Source: Lama guanicoe
Lineage: Eukaryota
DNA length: 64,000 nucleotides
Reading direction: 5' to 3'
NCBI GenBank assembly: GCA_013239625.1
Contig: MU053561.1
Location: 4,465,992 to 4,529,991 of the forward strand
Part shown: positions 34,881-45,200 of the stretch, in pieces
Layout of the letters: each line of letters opens with the position of its first letter
How positions within the stretch are numbered: position 1 is the stretch's first letter
Translations under genes and position numbers: made by a program
The notes under the pieces: generated by a model
What the model was told of the DNA's origin: nothing
Databases searched by the model: none
The model's input: the letters and a program-made list of their open reading frames with translations, nothing else

Positions 34881-36400
34881 CAGTGATCACCAACCTTTCT
34901 AATGGACAAAGCCTGTGGACTGTTTTCCATCCTCTCATGAAGTCTCACAGCATTTAACCCCAGGACTCAGCTCCAGATTGCTCTTCTCCCATCATTTCCA
35001 TGATACAATATTTCCTAGTTCTCTTCCTTTCTCCTCCACCACTTCATCTCTTTTCTTTTTGTGATCTCTTCTTTCTACAACCAACACCTAAATATTGGTT
35101 TTCCTTTAGAATCAGTCTGTGGTCCTCTGCTCTTTTCTCTCCACATATTCTCTCTAAGTGATGTAACTGATTATTGGAATTTTAACCAACATCATTGCTG
35201 ATGACTCTCATATTTATATTCAGTTCTGGATTCTCTCCTGAACTCCAGAGTCAAGTATCCAGCTGCCTACTGGACATTTCCACTGTGATGTGTTAGGCCA
35301 AATACATTGACTTTGGTCTTAATCCTATCTAACCACTTGTATTGTTTGTCTTAGCAAATGGCACTACTCCCTTACAAACCACTTGCAGGGAAATTTGAGA
35401 CTTATTCTCACCAGCTCCTTTTCCATTAGCCTCCATATCCAGATACCCTGTCTTCAGAATGTGTCATGTCTGACTCTTCCATTCCAATTCTCCAGTGATT
35501 GTCAATTTAAGCCTTCCTCGTCTTTAACCAAGATATTTGAAATGATCTTTTACCTTAATCTTCCTTCTTCCTGGCTTCCCCTCACTCCTAACTATACTGT
35601 GGCCATAAAGATTTCCTAAAATGCAAACAGATCGTGTAAGAGGCAGTATGATGCAGAAGTGAACACAGGCTTCAGCTTAAGATGAATCTAGGTTCAAATC
35701 CTGACTCTGCCACTTACTGATTGTGTAACTATGTATTTTATCACTTAATTTTTCTGAGCTTCAGTTGTTTCATTTGAAAATCGAAGATAATAATAGTATC
35801 TACCACTTAGAAATGTGGAGCTTTAATGGGTTAATGTAGAGTAATTGGTACAGGATACAAGGTCAAAATACATTCTTATTACTACTAACTATTATTATTA
35901 TTTTCACTGTATTCTTGAGAACTCTGCAGTGGTTTCCCAGTGCTATAATAATAAAACTCAAAACCCTTAGCATGGTGTAATGTCTACCTCTCTTTCTTCT
36001 CTGATTCTCGACATGCACATCTTTTCAAACTCTGTCCTTTGGTCCCAACCATACTGAAATAATTGTGGTTCCACAAAAGGGTCATGAATTCTTGAAAACA
36101 GAACATTTATGAAAAAGAATTTGGGCCATAGAATGGGTGGGTATATAAGTGATTGAGTTTTGGGGGCATCAGTGGGACAAGAGCATGAAGTAGTGAGGAT
36201 GACCCCAAAGGCCTGAGGAACTTTTTTTTCGCTGCTGTACTCATCAGTGATGTGGAAATTTGTTCATGAAGTTCTCACATTATTTGCAGGGTGAAGGGAG
36301 TGAGTAATTTTCTAGAAATGCATGATGCCATTTATCTGGATAGAGTTGTTGATGATCCAAGAAAGACTTGTGTGAGGTCAAAAGTCTATACTACTGATCT

Positions 36401-37080
36401 AAGTTTGGTGCAGCCACTGTGGAAAGCAGTATGGAGATTCCTCAAAAGACTAGGAATAGACTTACCATATGACCCAGGAATCCCAATCCTGGGTTTATAT
36501 CCAGAAGGAACCCTACTTCAAGATGACACCTGCACCCCAATGTTCATAGCAGCACTATTTACTATAGCCAAGACATGGAAACAGCCTAAATGTCCATCAA
36601 CAGATGACTGGATAAAAGGTGTGGTATATTTATACAATGGAATACTATTCAGCCATAAAAACCAACAACGCCATTTGCAGCAACATGGATGCTCCTGGAG
36701 AATGTCATTCTAAGTGAAGTAAGCCAGAAAGAGAAAGAAAAATACCACATGAAATCGCTCATATGCAGAATCTAACAAAAAAAAAAAAACAAAACATGAA
36801 TACAAAACAGAAACAGACTCATAGACATAGAATACAATCTTGTGGTTGCCAGGAGGACGTGGGGTGGGAAGGGACTGGGATTTCAAAATGTAGAATAGAT
36901 AAACAAGATTGTACTGTGTAGCATAGGGAAATATATACAGGATCTTGTGGTGGCTCACAGCGAAAGAGAATGTGAAATGAATGTATATATGTTCATGTAT
37001 AACTGAAAAATTGTGCTGTACACTGGAATTTGACACAACATTGTAAAACGACTATAACTCAATAAAAAAATGTTTTAAAA
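36401..37080 (+). mobile_element. 5'-truncated LINE-1 (ORF2 C-terminus + 3'UTR + A-rich tail)
   Basis: LVQPLWKAVWRFLKRLGIDLPYDPGIPILGLYP...CTPMFIAALFTIAKTWKQPKCPSTDDWIK; AATAAA 37061; degenerate TSD tatactRctgatcY at ~36387-36400 and ~37086-37099. Confidence 0.93.
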
Positions 37081-37548
37081 AAATTTATACTGCTGATCCA
37101 AACAATTCTGAGAAGTGATCTAGTCCTTTCCGCATTATAGAATTGGCTGAAACCATCCCTTGCCATTAAAAATCACCTTGTTCTATTTCTTCATAGCACC
37201 CATTACTACTTGAATGTAATAAGCAGGACAGTGTCTGGTTAGGTTTTCAAAAGTTGAGGGCACACAACTAGTAAGAGGAGGAGACAATTAGAACCAAGGT
37301 CTAGTTTATCTTAGTCACTTAAACTTGATCTTTTTAAATGCCCAAGAAATATTTGTTGAAACAATAAATAAAGAGCCAGCAAAATGTTCTTGGACTGAGA
37401 ATATAATGATCAAAGTTGATGTTTCAGAAAGACTTAACCTGGCAGTACTTTGCAACATGGAATGGATGTGGGGAAAATAATTAAGAATCTATTACAATCA
37501 TCTGAATTTGAAGTAACTAAGAAAGTCAGTTAGAATTACATTGGCTGC

Positions 37549-37911
37549 CGCTGTCCCGTGAGGCTTGTGGGGCAGGTGGGGCCGGGCTGGGGCTGGAGCC
37601 GGTTAGGCCTGTGCTTGGGGTTGGGGTCGGGGATGCAGCAGCCGGGCCGAACTGCCTGGCTTGGTCTGTGGCTGAGGGATGGTGACCAAGCAGGTGGTTG
37701 TGACAGTCTGGCCCCTCAGAAAAAGGGAGACCAAAGAAGGAAGAAGAATTATTGGGGAAGTTGATGGCAAAGTGGCAAAAATCAGGAATTTAAAGGTGAC
37801 CGTCAACCCAATGGCTTTGGCAACTCCCAGGAGAAGGTTGTGGCATTTGGCTTTGATTACTGCTACTGGTCAGTCAACCCAGAGGACCCCCAGTATGCAT
37901 CTCAGGGTGTG
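37549..37911 (+). pseudogene. STARD9: Processed retrocopy of the 5' end of STARD9 (KIF16A): 5'UTR + first ~78 codons of kinesin-3 motor domain
   Basis: ATG 37679: MVTKQVVVTVWPLRKRETKEGRRIIGEVDGKVAKIRNLKV, then after a 1-nt deletion (~37797) DRQPNGFGNSQEKVVAFGFDYCYWSVNPEDPQYASQGV; matches recalled STARD9 MANVQVAVRVRPLSKRETKEGGRIIVEVDGKVAKIRNLKVDNRPDGFGDSREKVMAFGFDYCYWSVNPEDPQYASQDV; intronless; CpG decay. Confidence 0.9.
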
Positions 37912-38198
37912 TCTTTTACAGGCAGCTGTCCAGTTTTCCCAGCACCACTTACCGAGGAGACCGTCTTTTCTCCATTGTATATTCTTGCCTCCTTTGTCGT
38001 GGTTTGCTTGGCATGAGTGCTTGGGTTTATTTCTGGGCTTTTTGTCCTGTTCCATTGATATGTGTGTCTGTTTTGTGCCCCCACCATGCTGTTTTGATTG
38101 CTCTGGCGTTGTGGTGTGGTCTGGGGTTGGGGAGTGTGATTCCCCCAGCTCCGTTCTTCCTTTTCAAGATTGTTTTAGCTCTTCAGGGTTTTCTGTGT
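37912..38198 (-). mobile_element. Antisense LINE-1 ORF2 fragment inside the STARD9 retrocopy, A>G hypermutated on + strand
   Basis: Minus-strand translation QWNRTKSPEINP / DKGGKNIQWRKDGLLGKWCWENWTAACKR = L1 ORF2. Confidence 0.9.
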
Positions 38199-38890
38199 TA
38201 AAGATATTTATTAAACCATTGTTAGTGGGGATAAAATAGTAGAAACAAGTGATTGTCCATTTACAGGGCAATGGTTGACTTAATTCTGGGGCATTTACAC
38301 CATGGAATATATTGTAGATGACTTAGAATTTCTATGAGACAGTGTTAACTGTGAAAAGCAAGATGTATGATAACATCCCATTTTTAAAAGAAATAACCAA
38401 AACCCATAAATCTGTGAGTGTGTGTGCATTTATGATTATGACTGTGGGAAGAACAAGAAATGATGCCAGTTGTTATTACCTGCAGGTAGGGGTTAATGTA
38501 TGATGAGGGGAAAGAGGGGTGGCAAATAAAAAGGAAATAAAGCAAAGCATTCCCTGCAGGGTTGGAGGGTGGGGTAGAGAATTACATTGGCTGCTAGCAG
38601 CCAAAAACTCTAACTAATCAGTAGATAAAACAAATTAATTTTTCTTAAGTATTAAGAAGTCTGGAGGTGGGCAGCCCAGAGCTGACCTAGTAGCTTTAGG
38701 GTACCATCAGGGACCCTCGCCCTTTCTTTTTGCTCAGGCATTCTTCACACTTGGCTTTTGTCCTGCCTGTCACTTGTGTTACAACAATGGTTGATTTGCA
38801 CTCACCCTACCCAGATATTTTCTTATTCCAGGCAGGAAGAAGAAGGGCAAAATGCAGAACATAATGCCAGCTGACTGGACCTCTCTCTCT

Positions 38891-39015
38891 TTTTTTTTTT
38901 TTCCTGAGGGGGAGACAAATAGATTTATCTATTTATTACTGGGGGTACTGGGGATTGAACCCAGGACCTTGTGCATGCTAAGCATGTGTTCTACCACTGA
39001 GCTATACCATTCCCC
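38891..39015 (-). mobile_element. tRNA-derived SINE (Vic-1-like)
   Basis: gtactggggattgaacccaggaccttgtgcatgctaagcatgtgttctaccactgagctatacc with T-tract. Confidence 0.9.
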
Positions 39016-39741
39016 TGAGTTGCCCTCTTTTAAAAGAGCTTTTCCAGCAATTCTGCTTCTGTCCCATTGGCCAGACTCTTACATGGTCACTCTCACTGTG
39101 AAGAAGTCTAGCAAGTATAATTTTTTTTGACTGAGTGTACTAGTTAACTTTTGTTAACCTTGTTAACATTAGCTAACTTTTGTTAATAAGGAAAAAGGAA
39201 AAATGATTTTTTGAGGAGACAACTAGGGTATCTGCCACAAATGGAATGAGAAAATTGGAGGGTAACATAAAGATAGGAATCATTGGAGGAGAAGCAGATT
39301 TGGGGAGAAAAATGTTTGGTTTGGATATAAAAATTTGTAGATATCATTGAAAAATCCAGGTGGAAATGTCACAAAAAAAGAGTTTGAAAGGAACAAAAAA
39401 TATTTCGGTTCAGGAACACCTTTGTAATGTGTTCCAATATTGTTGATTGAAAGGAGAGGATGGCCGTAAAGCTAAGCAGCAAAATATTCTGTTTTTGCCA
39501 AAAAGGAAGCTTGTTTCGATTTTCAGTAGGAAATAGTTGAAGAGATTATTCAGTCCATGCCCATAATTCTGCCCCAAATCTGAAGTTCCAAACTGGTGCT
39601 GCTATCTTTAATATAAGCTACTAAGTTCTGCTGAGTCTTGCAAAGTACTGTCTTTACCTGACAGTAATTATCACACCCAGGCACACCTTGGCTATACCTT
39701 GGCTATGTCACACACAGCACATACCTTGGATATATCACATA

Positions 39742-41329
39742 CGGGCATATCTTGGAGATACACCTTGCAGGTTTGGTCCAGACAATCACCAGAAAGCAAG
39801 TACGGCAATAAAGCAAGTTACACAACTTTTTGGTTTCCCAGTGCATATGAAAGTTGTGTTTACATTATTCTGTAGTCTATTAAGTGTGCAAGAGCATTAT
39901 GTCTAAAAAAAATATACATACCTTAGTTTAAAAACACTTTATTGCTAAAAAATGCTAAATAGCTGTCTGAGCCTTTAGTGAGTCATAATCTTTTTGCTGG
40001 TGGAGGGTCTTGCCTCGATGTTGTTGGCTGCTGACTGATCAGCTTGGTGGTTGCTGAAGGCTGGGGTGGTTGTGGTGATTTCTTAAAACAAGCCAACAAT
40101 AAAGTTTGCTGCATCAATTAATTCTTTCTTTCATGAACAATTTCTCTGTAGCATGCACTGATGTTTTATAGCATTTTATCCATAGTAGAGCTTCTTTCAA
40201 AATTGGAGTCAATTCTCTCAACCCCTGCCACTGATTTATCAATTAATTTTATGTAATATTCTAAATCCTTTGCTGTCATTTCAACATCCTTCATAGCATC
40301 TTCACCAGAGGTAGATTCCATCTCAAGAAACCCCTTTCTTTGCTCATCTATAAGAAGCAACTCCTCACTCATTCAAGTTTTATCATAAGATTGCAGCAAT
40401 TCAGCCACATCTTCAGGCTCCATTTCTAATTCTAGTTAGTTTGCAATTTCCATCACATCTGTAGTTACTTCCTCCACTGAAGTCTTGGACCCCTCAAAGT
40501 CATCAATGAAAGTTGGAATCAACTTCTAAACTCCTGTTAATGTTGATATTTTGACCTCTTCCCAGGAATCATGAATGTTCTTAATGGCATCTAGAATGGT
40601 GAATTCTTTCTGGGAGATTTTCGATTTACTTTGCCCAGATGCATCAGAGGAATCACTATGGCAGCTATAGCCTTGCAAAATATATTTTTTAAATAATAAG
40701 ACTTGAAAGGCAAAATTACTCCTTGATCCATGGGCTGAAGAATGAATGTTGTGTTAGCAGGCATGAAAACAAGAGAAATCTTGTTGTACATCTCCATTAC
40801 AGCTCTTGGGTGAGCAGGAGCATTGTTAGTCGGGCACTAATATTTTGAAAAGAATCTTTTTTTTTCCTGACTCTTCTTTTCACTTGATTACTTAGAGGCC
40901 ATTGTAAGGTTATTCACTGGCTTAATTTCAATATAGTTGGTTACAGGGAATAAGGAGGCCTGAGGAGAGGGGGAAAGGCAGGGAACAGCCAGTCAGTGGA
41001 GCAGTCAGAACACACAATTCAACATCATTTGTTGAATAAGTTCATTGTCTTATGTGGGCACAGTTTGTGGTGTCCCAAAGCAGTTACAATAGCAACATCA
41101 AAGATCACTGATCACAGATCGCCATAACAAATATAATAACGATGAAAATTTTTGAAATATTGCAAGAATTACCAGAATGTGACACAGAGACACAAAGTGA
41201 GCAAATGCTGTTGGGAGAATGGTGCCAGCAGACTTACTCAATGCAGGCTGCCACAGATTTTCAATTTGTAAAAAACACGATGTCTGTAGAGTGTAATAAA
41301 GGGAAGCACAATAAAACATGGTCTTCCTG
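39742..41329 (-). mobile_element. Tigger1 (pogo-like) DNA transposon, internally deleted and degenerate
   Basis: TA flanks at 39740-39741 and 41330-41331; TIR-like ends; minus-strand transposase remnants [28 protein letters not shown] and [24 protein letters not shown]. Confidence 0.9.
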
Positions 41330-41725
41330 TACTTAGCCATAACCAGGACTCTCTGTTGTTATGGAAAGAGCATGAAATTTTGGTCCAGAGAGTGTTGGCT
41401 TTGCATTAATGAGCAGAATGTCTTTGGGCAAGACACTCTTCCTAGAGCACGAGTTTTCTCATTTGGGAAGCAAGGGTAAGGTACTCCTTGCCTTATAGAA
41501 TTATAAGTAGGATCAAATAGATAATGTTTGGAAAGTGCTTAACATACTATCGAATGTTATTCATGAGAAAGATATTCTTTTTATAACAGTATGCAGAGTG
41601 AGGGTACCTGAGCAGTCAAGACAGCAGTTGTGTTTCTATAAGATTTGAAGTAAATTTACGACATAAGTGATTAAATAAATTCTGTCTGGTGAATTTCTGC
41701 TAAGTCAGGGATATTTCTTATGAAA

Positions 41726-41726
<1 letters not shown>

Positions 41727-41758
<32 letters not shown>
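41727..41758. repeat. (TG)16 microsatellite
   Basis: Perfect TG run. Confidence 0.97.
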
Positions 41759-41760
<2 letters not shown>

Positions 41761-42019
41761 GAGAGCCTGATGACTGTACCAGCATATTCACCAACCACAG
41801 GACTGTTCTCATGACTAAAATTCTGAGGACCCTGACTTTCCACAAGCCTGGAGGACTTTATTATATTTCATTAGGGTGGAAAATTATCATCAGTGTTCAA
41901 GTCATACAAGAAAATTACACTTGAAGAGAATCCAACCCACGGAGAGAATTAGAGAGTATTGAAATGCAATTCCTGGCCTAGCACAGATATCTTGTCTAAA
42001 GTCCCAGGGTAAACACTGA

Positions 42020-42140
42020 AGGCTTCACCTGTTTTTCACTGTCAATGCCTGAAGCTATAAATAGGTCTAAAGCTCATCTCACTTCTTTTAGCGGAGAAGG
42101 GTCAAATTACAGGGGCAAAGCAAAATAATAAAATGAATGT
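42020..42140 (+). promoter_or_regulatory. AMPD1: AMPD1 muscle promoter: E-box, MEF2 site, A/T-rich core
   Basis: CACCTG 42026-42031; CTATAAATAG 42055-42064 = MEF2 consensus CTA(A/T)4TAG; AATAATAAAA ~42124-42133. Confidence 0.75.
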
Positions 42141-42231
42141 CAGCGTATTTTATACTGTCAGTCAGTCATCCCCACAGTCTCCTGCCTCTTCCTTTCTACT
42201 GTGCTACCCTAGAGTCAAGGATTCCAGCACA

Positions 42232-42253
42232 ATGCCTCTGTTGAAACTTTCAG
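42232..42253 (+). CDS. AMPD1: AMPD1 exon 1 (coding part)
   Basis: acaATG MPLLKLS g|gtaggt. Confidence 0.9.
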
Positions 42254-45200
42254 GTAGGTGTGCAAAAGTGTTTGAAGAGTTCAATTCTTTTAATATGCAA
42301 TCATTCCTTTAAGTATCATGTCAGCTCTGGGAATCCTTTATTTAGGGTTCATAATAGTTTTAATTAATAAATTTCAGGAAGAGACAAGACAAGATTTCCA
42401 GGGTTTTTTGTTTGTTTGTTTTTAGTTTTAGGAGGAAGGTAATCTTCTAAAACTTTATCATGTGGTGCATCCTTGAAGATCCCAGTAGAAAAATGTGTGA
42501 GGTATTTAATACCTACTCTGCTAGTCAAAATTAAATCTGTGCTGCCACACTTCTGAGAAGGGTCCTATGTAATGTCTTTAGCTATATTCTTAGCTGAAAA
42601 TCATGAGCATAATGGAATATTAACCCAATCTGTGTATTCTGATGGTTCACAATCCAGGTTTGTACACAGAGTCATTTCTAAAATAATGTGATAAGTCTTT
42701 TTTATTATAAAAGTAACACATGTTTCATGTGAGATAAAAAGAGAGAAATTTCACTGAAAAATAAAAGTAATAAACACTCATTTAGAGAAACTGGGAAATT
42801 TAGGAAAGTAATAAAAAAAACCCCTACAGTTTCATCATCCAAAGATAACACTTTTAACATGTTAGTGTTTTTCTTTCAAACTATTTTCTTTGCAAATTTA
42901 AAGAATTTTTTTTAAAAAAACCACAGTTATGATTATATTATACATGTCACTTTATCTTCTGTCTTTATTTATTTACTTATTTATTTGCTTAACATTATAA
43001 CTTAATTATTACCATGGTACTTCCAAGTCATCATTTTGAATGGCTGTATAATATTCCAATTTTCTTTACCAATCCCTTAGATTCTTTTTTTTTTAAAGTG
43101 TAAATAGGCTCAACAATAATATTCACACCTAAAGCTTTTTCCATATTTCAGGATTATCTCAATAGACTAGAATTTTAGAAATGGCTGTTTAGTAGATGTT
43201 GCTCCATTGTTTACCAAGTGAGCTGTCTTAGTTTACCTGCTACCAACATTGTGTGAGAATTTCCATCACTCCTTGATCAGGTTTTTTAAAAATCACATTT
43301 TACAAAGAGTACCTCTTTAAGATTATAAACTTAAATGTAAAGAGATGAATTAGAAAGGAAAAGAAAAAGAAGAGACGTACAATGACTATTCCTAGGGTTT
43401 TCTAATGGCAGCAAATTGTAGAAAAATGGAAGAATGAGCTATAATAACACATTCCACCACACTCCTTCCTTATACCAATCTACGTATTTCTATTCCAAAG
43501 CACTGATTAAAGCCACTATGATTTCTGAAAGTTGTTCACATATTTTACCTTGTTCTATTTTACTTCATATAGCTGAAGAAAAACGTGAGTATTTTGGACT
43601 ATTTTTTCCTGCCATTTGCCACAGTATCCATTTTAAAAAGATATTATTCTTTAATTCAGAAACATGGGTATTTTTCAGCAGTGTTTATTAAATGATAGCA
43701 CTGAAAGCCAACAAAAGTTTATAATGACCATAGATCTCCCATAGCATAGCAAATGAACTCTTGGATTTTCCTGACTCCAAAAGAGAAAGTCAGCTTTTTA
43801 AAGAGAACCTCATGGGGCATTCATTTGAAATTGAATAATATTCTCCTTTGGACATTAGCCAAGGGGCTCTATTGAGTCTTGCCTTAGTAAACCCTCAACT
43901 CCAATGCAAAAAATTTCATCATGAATTTTTGATAAAATAAAACCCCGTTTTTGATAAAATTGTAACTTTTTATGTATGTTTCCTTCCATCTCAAATCAGG
44001 GTCCTTTCACTGACTGGTAGTAATCAAAGTGCCCCTGAGCTCCTCTAGAGATGAGATGCGGCAGATGAGAGGCCTGTCTTTCCTACACATTAAGAAAACA
44101 CTGCTGAGAAATAAACATGCTTTTCTGGATCTGTTGGATGAAGAAGCAAGCATGATATTCCTCTTCTCAAGAGCCTTGCCCTTCCTGTGTTAATAATACT
44201 CATCCCCAACTTCTGGATAGTACTGTGAAGTTTTTTTGTTTTTAGTTTAAATTTATTTTTGTTTTTATTTTGTGGGGGGTGTAATTAGGTTTATTTATTT
44301 TATTTATGTTTTAGAGAAGGTAGTGGGAATTGAACCCAGGACCTTGTGCAGAGGAGGTACTGGGGATTGAACCCAGGACCTTGTGCATGCTAAGCATGAG
44401 CTCTACCACTTGAGCTATACCCTCCCTCCAGTACTGTGAAGTTTTTAAAGTCTTTCTTGCCTAATCTTTATAACCATTCTCTGAAGTTGAAATTATTATT
44501 ATTAACATTCCCCTGTTATGATGATGGACACTGAGGTTTCTAGTGACAGTATGGTTTGCCCAAGGCCACCCTGCTGTCACAGACACTTCTCAGTCCTAGT
44601 CCAGTGTTCTTTATGCTTCACCACTCTACTTCTTTCTGTTCTCTTGTTTATTCTCCGTCTAAATATGGATGTCCTAATCTCAAGACATTGCCACGCAGAT
44701 GCTCCACTATCTCAAACATGCTCAAAAAAAAAAAAAAACTCAACCATTATCTATACAAAGCCAAAGGAATCATCTGTCCTTTACTCCATGAATTCAGGTT
44801 GTCACCAAATTTTATCTACTCAACTTTTGATATATTGGTTTCACTTTTTCCTTTCCCTCATCACCACCACTACTTGAAGTATTTTCGAAAGGCAGAGCTC
44901 TTGAATTCAGAATCAAACTTCAGCTGTGGTTACATGAAGTCAAAACAACTGGTTGATTCAGTGGAATAAAATATCAACCATATAATTTTTGGTCATAATG
45001 TAAACTACTTCATGAGAGCAGAGTTTTCAACTGTCTATAGTGGTTTAGGGAGATACAACCTTAGTGAAAATAATAATGTTTAAATTATGAAACAAATAGA
45101 TATGTGCAGTCCCAGATGATGACTGCTTGTTTTAGAAGAGCCAGATCTCAAGCAAGTAGGATTTGGTTCCTGGAACTCCATTTCCAGACTATCCTTCCTA

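Larger units (their letters stand above)
37525..39240. mobile_element. Old MaLR (MLT1-like) LTR interrupted by the retrocopy and by a SINE
   Basis: Removing 37549-38594 restores gtcagttagaattacattggctgctagcag...aagaagtctggaggtgggcagcccagagctg...ccatcagggaccc, recalled MLT1-type terminus; boundaries approximate. Confidence 0.55.

Noticed and set aside
36291..36713. 140-aa ORF
   Set aside because: Chance fusion of flank with a truncated, frameshifted L1 ORF2 C-terminus.
37679..37911. A functional kinesin gene
   Set aside because: Intronless, frameshifted, RVRP motif decayed to TVWP, truncated before the P-loop; pseudogene.
39142..39188. Short repeats of ttgttaac
   Set aside because: Short AT-rich slippage duplication within old repeat DNA; no spacer structure, not CRISPR-like.
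40166..40797. Transposase-like ORFs as a domesticated Tigger gene
   Set aside because: Fragmented into short frames within a deleted Tigger1 relic.
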